A program made the position numbers and the translations under genes. A DNA stretch of 47,938 bases from Polyangiaceae bacterium (lineage in GTDB: Bacteria; Myxococcota_A; Polyangia; Polyangiales; Polyangiaceae). The DNA is taken from assembly GCA_044376115.1 (NCBI GenBank), contig JBILLK010000044.1, positions 1 through 47,938 on the forward strand, in the 5' to 3' direction. A model generated the notes under the pieces. It was given only the letters and a program-made list of their open reading frames with translations, searched no databases and was not told the origin of the DNA. This document shows, piece after piece, positions 37,092 through 46,903 of the stretch (within the stretch, counting starts at the first letter, position 1; every line of letters begins with the position of its first letter).

Positions 37092-37111
37092 GCGGCCTGG
37101 GTGGATGCGGA

Positions 37112-37448
37112 GCGGTTGGCCGGGTGCCCCGCGGATGCGACACATCGGCGGGTGTCACGGTGAGACGGGTCGTACTGTCGCAGCTTAACGCTGCGCGGTT
37201 GGCCGGGTACTCCGCGGATGCGACACATCGGCGGGTGTCACGGTGAGACGGGTCGTAATGTCGCGGCTGGACGCTGCGCGGTTGGCCGGGTGCCCCGCGG
37301 ATGCGACACATCGGCGGGTGTTACGGTGAGACGGGCCGCAATGTCGCAGCGGGACGCTGCGCGGTTGGCTGGGTGCCCCGCGGATGCGACACATCGGCGG
37401 GTGTCACGGTGAGACGGGCCGCAATGTCGCAGCTGGACGCTGCGCGGT
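37112..37448. repeat. Tandem array of four 83-bp REP-like palindromic units
   Basis: Cores TGCGACACATCGGCGGGTGTCACGGTGAGACGGG..TGTCGC start at 37136, 37219, 37302 and 37385 (exact 83-bp period) with conserved linkers. Confidence 0.95.
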
Positions 37449-37513
37449 GGTGCCGCGGCGGAAGGTGCTGCATCCGCTTCCCTCGGCCGGCCGGGTAGGG
37501 TACCGCCGCGGCG

Positions 37514-38245
37514 ATGTCTGGCATCGTCATCCTTGTTGCGTGCATCGCGGGCTTCGTTGTCGCGGGCGGGTTGACGTTCGTGATCGAGCGGCGCGCGATC
37601 GAGCAGCGCATCGCGTCGTGGTCGGGGTTGTTCGCTGTTGCGCGCGAGGGCGCCGTTCGCGACGACCGGCCGCCGTTCGCGGCGCCGCTTTCGGGTAGGC
37701 CGGCGCTGGCAGTGCACATCGAGGTGATCGTCAAGGAGCGCCACAACGACGGGGGCGTGGAGCAGACGACGTTCCAGCGTGTGTTCGAGACCGCGCTGGG
37801 GCGCTTCGCGCTCGACCAGGGCGGCGGGCGTCAAGAGGAGGTCGACTTCAGCGACGCGCGCATCCACCGCCTGGCCGACTCCGCGTCGCTCTTCGGCGTC
37901 ACCATCGTTGCGCCGTCCACCTCGATGTTTGGCCCGGACGGATATGTCCCGCCGCATCTGCATCACTTCCTGGTCGAACGCGGTCTGCCGCTGCCCACCG
38001 TCGATTCGCTGTTCACGCCCGGCCGCGGCGTCACGATCAACGAACGCTGCATCGTCCCCGGCACCCGTTGTTGGGTCGCCACCACCGACGACGGCACGCG
38101 CTTCGACCTCGGCACCACCGCCGAGGCCGCGTCCAACTACCGCAAGCGCTTCACCACGTTGTGGAACGCCTTCTCGGTGGGCCTGATCGTGGGCATCGTC
38201 GCTGGGATGCTGACCGCGCTAGTTCCGCAGTTCTTCAAGAAGTAG
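37514..38245 (+). CDS. Hypothetical membrane protein (N- and C-terminal TM helices)
   Basis: 243-aa ORF with terminal hydrophobic helices and strongly GC3-rich codons. Confidence 0.75.
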   Translation: MSGIVILVACIAGFVVAGGLTFVIERRAIEQRIASWSGLFAVAREGAVRDDRPPFAAPLSGRPALAVHIEVIVKERHNDGGVEQTTFQRVFETALGRFALDQGGGRQEEVDFSDARIHRLADSASLFGVTIVAPSTSMFGPDGYVPPHLHHFLVERGLPLPTVDSLFTPGRGVTINERCIVPGTRCWVATTDDGTRFDLGTTAEAASNYRKRFTTLWNAFSVGLIVGIVAGMLTALVPQFFKK

Positions 38246-38253
38246 GCGCGCGG

Positions 38254-39750
38254 CTAGCGGGCCCAGCGCTTCTTCGCTACTGCGAGACAACGCTTCAGCA
38301 TTTCGCGGCGGTCTCGGAAGGGGTTCTCGCCGTCGATGTCCTGCTCGATCCAATCTTCGTCGTCGGGCTCGAGCAGCGCTGCGATGGATTGTTCGAGCTG
38401 CGGCCCAACGCGCATAGGGGTTTCGCGCAGCTGCGCGAGCAGGCTTCGCGTGGCGCCGCGCGCGCCCTCGCTGGCCGCTGTTTGCACCGCGGCCTCGAAC
38501 TCCTTGAGGTTACGCGCGCTGCGGATCGCCTGCACGAGCAGCTCGCTCTTGACCTCCGGCGGAGCGAACTCCGCGGTGGCGGTTAGCGCCCGCGGTGCGA
38601 TCAGGCTGCGGATGGCCTCGGTTCGACCGGGGTACTTCCAATAGGCGGTCGCTATGGCTTGTTGCCGCGCCTCAAGCGTGGCCGCGTTGCCGCCGCTGAA
38701 CTTCTTGCTCAGCGCTTCGGCCTCGGCCGGGGGAAGCCGGACCCAGGCAGCCGCTGCAGCGGGGTAGCGCTCGACCCAATTCGCCGTCATCAACGCTGCC
38801 AACTTCTCGAGTTCTTGCGGGAGCAGATGATCGATGCACCGCGCTAGCAGTGCGGCGAACGGAGGCACCGTGTGCGCCAGCGCATCGATGCCCGGCAACA
38901 GATCGAAGATCCCGAGCACCGCGCGCGCGACCTCGGCATCATCCTCGACGAACTCCATGAACTCGGTGGCCTTGGCGATGGCGGCGCGGTTCGGCAAGCC
39001 CGCGCTGCGCGACGCTTCAATCGCGGCGAGCGCTGCGAGGATCCGCGGTCGATCAAAGCCCCGGAACGCCTCCGACTTCGCAAATGCCGGGTCCACTTCA
39101 TTGAGCGCCGATACGATCGGCGCGCGCAACTCCTCGATCTCGAGGCACTGCAGCGCGAGCTGGTTGCGCTCCGGAGACGCTAGCCGGGCGACAAGCCGCG
39201 CGACGAGCCGGTAGAAGCGGTCGTACGGCTCCGTCGCGATATAGGCGTCAAAAGCAGCGCGTTGGAGCAAGCCGCGCACCGCCGGCTCGAGCGACCCAGG
39301 GATCGACTCCACGTCGTGCAGCGCCTCGAGCACGGCTTCTTTCTCGTACCAACGGCCAAGAAGCCCGCTCGCCACGAGCTCGGAGGTCGGGCCGTGCCAA
39401 CGAATTAGCGCGTAGAGCGCCCGCTGCTTCTTGCCTAGGTCCCCGCCCCGCAGCCACACGCGGAGCTTGGGCTCGACCGTCGCGCGCAGCGCCTCGTGCG
39501 GCTGGCCGGCACGGCAAAGCTCCACGAACCCCGGATCGATCACGATCGTCTCGAGGTACTTGTCCTCGTATTCCGCCGGATGCGCGAGCGAGTCGATTAG
39601 CCCCTTGGCGGTGAGCGACCGACGCTCGCGTGCCTTCTTTCGCACCGACGCGGATATCGAATCGACGTCGTCGTACCCTTCGGGGTTCCACTTCGTCTGA
39701 TTGAGGATCCCGTCTTCCCGTCCGGGACGATGCGTCGCTGCGGCGCTCAT
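38254..39750 (-). CDS. Hypothetical all-helical protein
   Basis: ~498-aa Ala/Leu/Glu/Arg-rich ORF from ATG 39750. Confidence 0.7.
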   Translation of the reverse strand: MSAAATHRPGREDGILNQTKWNPEGYDDVDSISASVRKKARERRSLTAKGLIDSLAHPAEYEDKYLETIVIDPGFVELCRAGQPHEALRATVEPKLRVWLRGGDLGKKQRALYALIRWHGPTSELVASGLLGRWYEKEAVLEALHDVESIPGSLEPAVRGLLQRAAFDAYIATEPYDRFYRLVARLVARLASPERNQLALQCLEIEELRAPIVSALNEVDPAFAKSEAFRGFDRPRILAALAAIEASRSAGLPNRAAIAKATEFMEFVEDDAEVARAVLGIFDLLPGIDALAHTVPPFAALLARCIDHLLPQELEKLAALMTANWVERYPAAAAAWVRLPPAEAEALSKKFSGGNAATLEARQQAIATAYWKYPGRTEAIRSLIAPRALTATAEFAPPEVKSELLVQAIRSARNLKEFEAAVQTAASEGARGATRSLLAQLRETPMRVGPQLEQSIAALLEPDDEDWIEQDIDGENPFRDRREMLKRCLAVAKKRWAR

Positions 39751-39853
39751 GGGCCGCGAGGCTAGCATCGCCTACGATGAGGAGCCTGCGGGTTTGCGGG
39801 CTTGCGCAGCGCGTTCGCACGTGAGCTGCAGCCGACCTCGCCGGGCCGGGGCC

Positions 39854-39878
39854 TGCATTCTTGCAAGCGACACTTGCA
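39854..39878. promoter_or_regulatory. Putative LysR-type binding dyads
   Basis: T-N11-A TGCATTCTTGCAA overlapping the perfect inverted repeat TGCAAG-N5-CTTGCA upstream of the methyltransferase. Confidence 0.45.
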
Positions 39879-39953
39879 GACCTCCCCATCGACGGTGGAG
39901 GCGAGCTCGCGCACGGTGCTCTAGTCGAACGCTTCGACAAGGAGAGAGCACCG

Positions 39954-40976
39954 ATGAGCGACCAACACGACCAGCCAAACCCCGCAAAGATCCTCGAGAC
40001 CGGCATGGCCTTCTGGGCCAGCAAGACGCTGCTCTCTGCCGTCGAGATGGGGCTCTTCACCGAGCTTGCTTCGGGGCCCCGGGGCTTCGAGGAGCTGCGC
40101 GGCCGCATGGGCCTTCACGAGCGTGGCGCACGCGACTTCTTCGATACGCTTTGTGCGCTCGGTTTTCTGCAAAAGACCAACGACGTGTACGCCAACACCC
40201 GCGACACCGATCTGTTCCTCGACCGCAAGAAGCCGTCCTACATCGGTGGCCTTCTCGAGATGGCCAACCAGCGACTCTACCCGTTCTGGGGGCACCTGAC
40301 CGAGGCGCTACGCACCGGGCTTCCGCAGAGCGAGATGAAGTCGGGCGGCAAGAGCTTCTTCGAGGCGCTGTATGCCGAGCCCGCCCGTCTCAAGCATTTC
40401 CTCGCGTCGATGACCGGCCTTTCTCACGGCGCGAACATGGCGATCGCCAAGCAGTTCTCCTTCGCCGACTACAAGACGTTCGTCGACGTCGGTACGGCGC
40501 AAGGTGATTTGGCTGTACAGATCGCGCTCGCCAACCCGCATTTGCGCGGCGTCGGCTTCGATCTGCCCGAGGTCGCGCCGACGTTCGAAGAGTATGCGGC
40601 CGCGACCGGCGTATCTGACCGCCTCACCTTCGCGGGGGGGAGCTTCCTGGACGCTCCGCTGCCGAAGGCGGACGTGGTGCTGATGGGCCACATCCTACAT
40701 GACTGGGATCTGGCGCAGAAAAAAATGCTGATCGCAAAGGCGTACGACGCGCTTCCTGCCGGCGGCGCGCTCATCATCTACGAGGCGATCATCGACGACG
40801 CTCGCTCCACAAACGCGTTCGGCTTGATGATGAGCCTCAACATGTTGATCGAGACCCCAGGCGGCTTCGACTACACGGGCGCGGACTGCATGGCGTGGAT
40901 GCGCGAGGCCGGCTTCAAAGGCACGCGCGTCGAGGCGCTGGTCGGCCCCGATTCAATGGTCGTCGGAATCAAGTAA
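39954..40976 (+). CDS. SAM-dependent O-methyltransferase (Methyltransf_2 plus dimerisation domain)
   Basis: [45 protein letters not shown] and [11 protein letters not shown]. Confidence 0.92.
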   Translation: MSDQHDQPNPAKILETGMAFWASKTLLSAVEMGLFTELASGPRGFEELRGRMGLHERGARDFFDTLCALGFLQKTNDVYANTRDTDLFLDRKKPSYIGGLLEMANQRLYPFWGHLTEALRTGLPQSEMKSGGKSFFEALYAEPARLKHFLASMTGLSHGANMAIAKQFSFADYKTFVDVGTAQGDLAVQIALANPHLRGVGFDLPEVAPTFEEYAAATGVSDRLTFAGGSFLDAPLPKADVVLMGHILHDWDLAQKKMLIAKAYDALPAGGALIIYEAIIDDARSTNAFGLMMSLNMLIETPGGFDYTGADCMAWMREAGFKGTRVEALVGPDSMVVGIK

Positions 40977-41870
40977 CCCGCGGCTGACCAGGAACCCGTC
41001 CGCGTTCGCATCGAAGTACGAGGCGAACGCGTCCGACGCTGCGCGGACGCGCGCTGTGTCGCGCGCCGACTCGTGGAACACGCAATAAATCTGGCTAGTC
41101 CACACCGGCTCGTCGAAGACGGAAACCATGTTGCTGCGTTTGGCCGCGATGAAGCACGGCAAGCAGCCAAGCCCGGCACCCGCTTCGACAACATCGGCCG
41201 CGATCTCGAGATTGTCGACGCGCGTGAGCTGCGTCGCCTCGCCGCGGTGTTCGTCCATCCAGCGCAGCCCTGGGACGGTGTGCATCGGCGCCGCATAAAC
41301 GACGAGCGAATGGTTGGGCAGATTGGCGATCGTCTTCGGCAAGCCGCGAGCCTTGGCGTAGCCCCGCGACCCGTACACGCGCCAGCTGATGTCACCCAAT
41401 TTGCGAGCGACGAGGTCAGGCTCCGTCGGGCGGAAAGCGCGGAGCGCCACGTCTGCCTCGCCCTTCGCGAGATCCACCGTGCGATACGCGCCGCTCACCT
41501 CGCCGACCAGCGCAGGATATTTCTCGCGCACGGCAGCGAGCGCCGCGAGGACGTGAGGGACGAAGGCGGCCGGACAAGAGACGCGCACGGTGCCGGCTAC
41601 TTCGAGCTTTGCGACCCGTACGGTGCGCGTCGCCTCGGCCACCGCCGCTTCGATCGCCTCCGCAGCCGTACACATCGCGCGACCCTCCGCCGTGAGCGAG
41701 AACTCGCGATTGCCGCGCAGGATCAGCCGCGCACCCACGCTCTCCTCGAGCGCCGTGAGCCGCCGACTGACGGTGGACTGATCGACTGCCAGCGCACGCG
41801 CTGCACCCGCAACAGACCCCGCGCGCGACAACGCCAGAAGAATGCGCAGGTCGCTCCACTCGGGTTCCAT
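40953..41870 (-). CDS. LysR family transcriptional regulator
   Basis: [41 protein letters not shown] and [13 protein letters not shown]. Confidence 0.93.
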   Translation of the reverse strand: MEPEWSDLRILLALSRAGSVAGAARALAVDQSTVSRRLTALEESVGARLILRGNREFSLTAEGRAMCTAAEAIEAAVAEATRTVRVAKLEVAGTVRVSCPAAFVPHVLAALAAVREKYPALVGEVSGAYRTVDLAKGEADVALRAFRPTEPDLVARKLGDISWRVYGSRGYAKARGLPKTIANLPNHSLVVYAAPMHTVPGLRWMDEHRGEATQLTRVDNLEIAADVVEAGAGLGCLPCFIAAKRSNMVSVFDEPVWTSQIYCVFHESARDTARVRAASDAFASYFDANADGFLVSRGLLDSDDH

Positions 41871-41938
41871 GAGTCACGGGACCGTAACAGCTTGGGGGTA
41901 GCGAGCGCCTAGCGATTGCGAAGCGCGATCGGAGAGGC

Positions 41939-42005
41939 GCTGCCCCTACCGCTGCCCCTACCGCTGCCCCTACCGCTGCCCCTACCGCTGCCCCTACCGC
42001 TGCCC
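41939..42005. repeat. 12-bp microsatellite (GCTGCCCCTACC) x5 plus partial
   Basis: Five perfect copies at 41939-41998, then GCTGCCC. Confidence 0.95.
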
Positions 42006-42057
42006 ACCGTCGATTCGCTGTTCACGCCCGGTTGCGGCGTCGCGATTTGGAACGCCT
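41997..42057 (+). pseudogene. Internally deleted fragment of the 37514-38245 gene
   Basis: 41997-42046 matches 37988-38037 at 47/50 nt, then TGGAACGCCT matches 38162-38171. Confidence 0.8.
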
Positions 42058-42157
42058 CATCGCTGGAATGCAGACGGCGCTGGTGCCGCAGTTCGTTGGG
42101 AGTGAGGGGGCTCGGAGACGGTTCAAGCTCCGGTCTGGAGACGTGGTGACGGACCGC

Positions 42158-42736
42158 TCACGGAGCCGCAAACACCTCAGCCATGGGCAGCTCGAGGTCG
42201 GGCAGAACGCGCGAAGTGAGGGTCGCCTCACGCCGAAAGACGCCGTGCCGAACGTAGGCCCGCTGCTCGAGATAGAGCACCTCGACCGCTTGCGCCTCAG
42301 GATCGACAATCCAGTATTCACGGACGCCCGCAGCTTCATACACGCCGCGCTTGAGACCGAGATCGCGCTTGGCCGTACCGGGCGAGAGGATCTCGACCAC
42401 GACATCGGCCGGACCAAGGACGGCGCGCTCATCCACCGTGGCGAGTCCTCCGTGCAGGACGACCAGAAGGTCGGGTTCGAGCACATCCTCATCGCTGAGT
42501 CGCATCCCTACCGGCGCATTCAAGACCTCGCCGCAGTCCCGTTCGCGCAGATACACCAGCAGCCGGAATCTGATCTCGCGAGAGACGCGCTGATGTTTGA
42601 CGGTCAGCGGCGGGGTCACGTAGAGCTCGCCCTCCACGAGCTCGCGGCGCAACCCATCCTCCGGTGAGGTCAGCCAGTCGGCATACGTGAGGCGGTAGAC
42701 ACCGGGGAGCCACGCGGAGGTCACGCTGCGAGTCAT
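42158..42736 (-). CDS. Uma2 (DUF820) family endonuclease
   Basis: RRELVEGEL, HQ, EPDLLVV, VVEILSPGTAKRDLGLKRGVY and GVREYWIVDP. Confidence 0.93.
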   Translation of the reverse strand: MTRSVTSAWLPGVYRLTYADWLTSPEDGLRRELVEGELYVTPPLTVKHQRVSREIRFRLLVYLRERDCGEVLNAPVGMRLSDEDVLEPDLLVVLHGGLATVDERAVLGPADVVVEILSPGTAKRDLGLKRGVYEAAGVREYWIVDPEAQAVEVLYLEQRAYVRHGVFRREATLTSRVLPDLELPMAEVFAAP

Positions 42737-42801
42737 GCTGCGAGAGTATCAGCCCTTCCGCGGCCGCCAGTAGCGCGCTCGGGACTCAAACGCAGATCAA
42801 A

Positions 42802-43536
42802 CTACCAAACCAACCTCGGCCCCAGCTCTCTGAGCCTGGCCTTCCTGGTCTCGTAGTCGGGCATCAACCTTCCGAGGCGCGACCAGAACTCGGGGCCGTG
42901 GTGCTCGTGCGCGAGGTGCACGACCTCGTGGGCGACGACGTATTCGACGAGGCTGGCGGGGGCCTGGATGATGCGCCAGTTGAGGCGGACGGTTTGTGCG
43001 GAGCAGCTGCCCCAGCGTTTGGCTTGCTCGGTGACGACGACGTTGGCGACGTGCAGGTGTGCTGCCTGGGCCCATTTCTTTACGAGTCGAGGGAGGCGGC
43101 GGGTTGCGACTCGAAGGTACCAGTCGACTAGGGCTGCTCTGGCGTAGAGGCTGCGATGGGGGCCGTCGATCTCTCGTGGGATGGGCAGTTCGAGGCGGCC
43201 GCTGCGAAGGCGAATCGGCGCGGGCGCGTGCTCGGGTAGGACGCGCAAGCGCAGCTGCCGGCCCAAGTAGAGGAAGGTCTCTCCGGAGATGAACTCGCGT
43301 GCGGGTAGGGCGGCGGGGAGGTCGCTGCGTCGGCGCAGCCGCTCCACGACCCACTGCGCCTTGGTGCGTACGACAGCGTCGAGTCGCGGGATGGGGGTTG
43401 CACTCGGTGCCGTCACGAGTAGCCCGAGCTCGGGGTCGATGGTGAGGGAGACCGTCGCGCGTCGTGCGCTGCGACGGATCTCATAAGCGATCTTGGTCGA
43501 GCCCCAGTGCACCGCGGACCGGTCGCCGAAGGTCAA
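42802..43536 (-). CDS. M48/YgjP-like zinc metallopeptidase (DUF45)
   Basis: SGETFLYLGR, KRWGSCS, LNWRII and YVVAHEVVHLAHEHHGPEFW. TTGA overlap with the hsdR stop. Confidence 0.92.
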   Translation of the reverse strand: MTFGDRSAVHWGSTKIAYEIRRSARRATVSLTIDPELGLLVTAPSATPIPRLDAVVRTKAQWVVERLRRRSDLPAALPAREFISGETFLYLGRQLRLRVLPEHAPAPIRLRSGRLELPIPREIDGPHRSLYARAALVDWYLRVATRRLPRLVKKWAQAAHLHVANVVVTEQAKRWGSCSAQTVRLNWRIIQAPASLVEYVVAHEVVHLAHEHHGPEFWSRLGRLMPDYETRKARLRELGPRLVW

Positions 43537-45939
43537 TGCACCCGCCTGCGTTTCATCAGATCGACGATGGTTTCTGCGACTGGTTCGATCTTTTCTTCCT
43601 GAAAGCCTGCAGCGCGCAACTGTCGTTTGATGCGCTTGCGCATCTCCCGCTGCACGTCGTCCTTGCGGCTCCAGTCGATGATGTTCAGGTGCGGCTCGAG
43701 CTGCTCCTCTAGCAGCGACGCGAGCTCCTTCTTGGCTTCATCCAGCTTTCCGTAGGCTCCCTTAACCTCGGCGAGTTTCAGCGGCTTGGGCTCGAGCAGC
43801 ACTCCGTAGATCGCGAAGCCGGTCTCCGAGAGGCCAACGTCTTCGGCCGCTTGGGCGTGCCCTCGCAACTCTTTGCGCAGCTGCTCGAACAGCTCGAGTT
43901 GCTTGGCCGCATCGATTCGCTTCTCCCTCCGGTCCAGGATGAGCTGCTCGAGCCGTTCGCGGAGCGAAGTGTAGAAGACCGGGTTTTCGTCGAGCTTCAC
44001 GTGGATCTCGTCCTTGATGGCGTGCTCCATCTCGGAAGCGCGTGCCTCTGTGGACTTTAGCGCGGCGATCTTCTCCTCGAACTCCGGCGCGAACAGGGAG
44101 ATCTGCTTCACGAGGATCTGGATCCCGTCGGCTGAGACTGCCTCCTCGATCAGTTTGCGCACCTTCTCGCCACAGTCGGAGATGTCGATCTTGTCGTCCC
44201 TGTACTTTGCTGCGGCCACTTGCCGTACCTTGCCGATCCACTTGGCGTCGCTGACGAAGGGTAGCGCTGTCGGGTCGGGCAAGAGCATGTCGAGGCTCTG
44301 GCCGAACTTCTTGAAAGCGTCGTCGAAGTGAGCGCGCACGTCCTCCGCCTCAAGCACGGCGACGCAGGCATTGAGATCGTCCTTGTCCTTCACCTTCAGG
44401 AAGAAGCGCAGCACGTTCGCATGGCGAGCGTGGAGCCTCGGCAGCTCATCGCTCTTCGGTTTCATAGCGCCCTTCACATCGGAGGGCGCGAAGATCGCGA
44501 GGGCCTCGGTCAGCGCCTCGGATACACCCCAGTAGTCGACGATCAGGCCGAACGTCTTCCCATCCGCGGTGCGATTCACGCGAGCGATCGCTTGGAGCAG
44601 CGTGTGCTCTCGCAGCGGCGCATCCAAGTACATCACCTGCTCGATCGGCGCGTCGAAGCCCGTCAGCAGCATGTCGCACACGATCAGGATCTTCAGCGGA
44701 TCATCCTTCTTGAGGAAGCGCTTGATCAGATCCTTGCGCTGTTCTTCGGTCTTGTGGTGCGCCTCGAGCTGCTTGGTGTCCTTGTTCGAGCCCGAGATGA
44801 TCACCGCGGACTGCGGCCCATTCAGCCGGTCCAGCGTCTCTTTGTAGAGCACCGCCAGCTCGCGCGTACAGCCGACGATTTGCGCCTTGAAGCCATTCGG
44901 CCCGATGAACTGGGTGTAGTGGTCGAGCAGGTCGAGCACGATGGTCTCGACTCGCTTGGGCGCGCCCGCCACCGTTTGTTCGCTCCCGTACTTCTTCTTG
45001 ATCGCCTCGCGTTCTTCATCGCTGCGATCAGCGAAGACGCGGTTGAACAGCGCATCCAGCGTGCTGCCCACGATGCGCAGCTCTGCGATGCGACCCTCGT
45101 AGAAGATCGGCACCGTGGCGCCATCCGCGACCGCCTGCTCGATGTGTAGGTATCGATGTAAGGGCCGAAGGTGGACAGCGTCGAACGATCGTTCTTATCG
45201 ATCGGCGTACCGGTGAAGCCGAAGAACGCTGCGTTCGGTAGGGCCTTTCGCATGTTCCCGGCTAGGCCGCCGTACTGAGTCCGGTGCGCCTCGTCCGTCA
45301 GGACGAAGATGTTGGTCGCCTCCGAAAGAACCGGGAACTCGCTCGGCCGCTTGCGCTTCGACTCGTCCTTCGCGAGCGTGGACTTCTTCTTGAATGGGGC
45401 CCCGCTCGCGCTGAGCTCCTGGAACTTCTGCACCGTGGTCAGGATGGTCTTGCCCGAGGGCGTAGCGAGCAGCGACCGTAGGTCGCGCACGCTCTTCGCC
45501 CGTTCCGGGTTGGGGAAGCCACACGCTCCGAAGGTCTTGGTGATCTGATCGTCCAGGTCTTTGCGATCCGTGACGATCACCAGCGTTGGATTCTCGTGGT
45601 GCGGCGCCCGCCGCAACTTGAGCGCCAGCCACAACATGGTCAGGCTCTTGCCAGACCCCTGCGTGTGCCAGACCACACCGCCGCGGTCCTCCGCTCGCGT
45701 GGCCTTGGCTGCGCGTTCGATCGCCTTGTTGACCGCCGCGTATTGTTGATACCGGCAGAGCTTGCGGATGGTCCGCCCCGTCGTTTCGTCCCGCTCGAAG
45801 ACCAAGCGAGAGCGAAGGGTTGAGCTTCCGTCTCCCTCAGCGACCCCCGCTCCGCCTCCAGCGCCTCCGGCTTCACGTAGCTGAAGCCCAACGCCTCCAG
45901 CAGCTCCACCGCCGGGTCCTCAGAGAGCTTGGCCTCGTC
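43533..45939 (-). pseudogene. hsdR: Type I restriction subunit R, N-terminally deleted and frameshifted
   Basis: RYQQY, WHTQGSGKS, VTDRKDLD, DEAHRTQYG, FTGTP, DMLLTGFDAP and LQAIARVNR. 1-nt loss at 45143/45144 (TAC AC_ ATC GAG). The endonuclease region is missing between ~45805 and ~45830. Confidence 0.85.
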
Positions 45940-46836
45940 GACGATGAGCCTTACGACCATGCGGGGCGTGTAGAACTCGCCGCCCTTCTTGCCTGCGTCG
46001 TCGGCGAACTTCTCGATCAGATACTCGTACGCGCGGCCCAACATGTCGGGCTCGGAGAGGTTTGCGTTACGGAGATCGAGCTTCGCGAAGTGCTGGACGA
46101 GCTTGCCGAGCACGACGTCGCGGTTCTTCGTATCGCCGAGCCTGCGCTCGTCGTTGAAGTCGACCCCGGCCATCACGCCTTCGAGTTGCCCGTTCGCCTC
46201 TTCGAGTGCCGCGACGGCGGTGTTCAGCGTCTCGCCGACGTTCGTCGCCACCTTCTTGATCTCGGACCAGCGTGCACGCTTCGGCACGAAGACCTCGTGC
46301 TCGTCCTTGTCCTCCGGCCTACCGCCCTCCGCTCGGACCTGCTCGGCGACCTCGTCAAAGCGATCCGAGAGCCGCTTGAGGAAGAGGAAGCCAAAGATGT
46401 AACCCTTGTAGTCGGACGAGTCGATCGACCTGCGCAGGATGTCGGCGGCCGACCATAGGTATCGGCTCAGCCGGTCGACGGTGAGCTTCTCCCCCCAGAT
46501 AACAAGACTCGTGTCCTCCGCCACCGTGAGCACCGCCGACTTGCTCTTCCGCACGACGAGCGGTTCCGGTGGATTCGTGAACGCGAGCCGCTCCCCCGTG
46601 AGCCGCTCGATCAACTCAATCTTGCTACCACCAACGCCGAGCCCCGCCTCGCGGCATAGCTCCTTCAACCGCTCCCGTGAGAGAGCCTCGAGCGAGCTGC
46701 TAAGGTGCACCCCGCCCGCAACCTCAGCCTCGACAAGCTTCGCCTTCGACCGCCGATCCTGAGGCTGAAGTTGGGAAGCGTCGACAATGGAAAGCAGCTC
46801 CTCGCGGGTGAGGAGGTCCAGAACAGTGGTGGGCAC
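45940..46836 (-). pseudogene. hsdM: Type I methyltransferase subunit M, C-terminally truncated, with N-terminal SAP-like extension
   Basis: LWSAADILR, DYKGYIFGFLFLKRLSD and LGRAYEYLIEKFADDAGKKGGEFYTPR. No DPxCGxG or NPP(F/Y) motif. Runs in frame into HsdR N-terminal residues (ORF stop at 45640). Confidence 0.85.
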
Positions 46837-46903
46837 CGAGTGAGGTTCAAGCGGTGGTCACTGCGACAGCGTTCAATCCAGCCCGCGCGTGAGCGGCAGC
46901 AGA

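Noticed and set aside
37112..37448. CRISPR array
   Set aside because: The inter-core sequences are conserved rather than unique spacers, and no cas genes or leader are present.
37988..42046. Diversity-generating retroelement TR/VR pair
   Set aside because: Only 50 bp with 3 mismatches that are not all at adenines, no reverse transcriptase in the window, and the target is not a C-terminal lectin-type region.
41916..42149. 77-aa poly-LP ORF as a real gene
   Set aside because: It is a composite of the microsatellite and a gene remnant, with a weak start and no RBS.
45135..45150. Programmed frameshift in hsdR
   Set aside because: No slippery heptamer or homopolymer at the site; a simple 1-nt deletion or sequencing error fits better.
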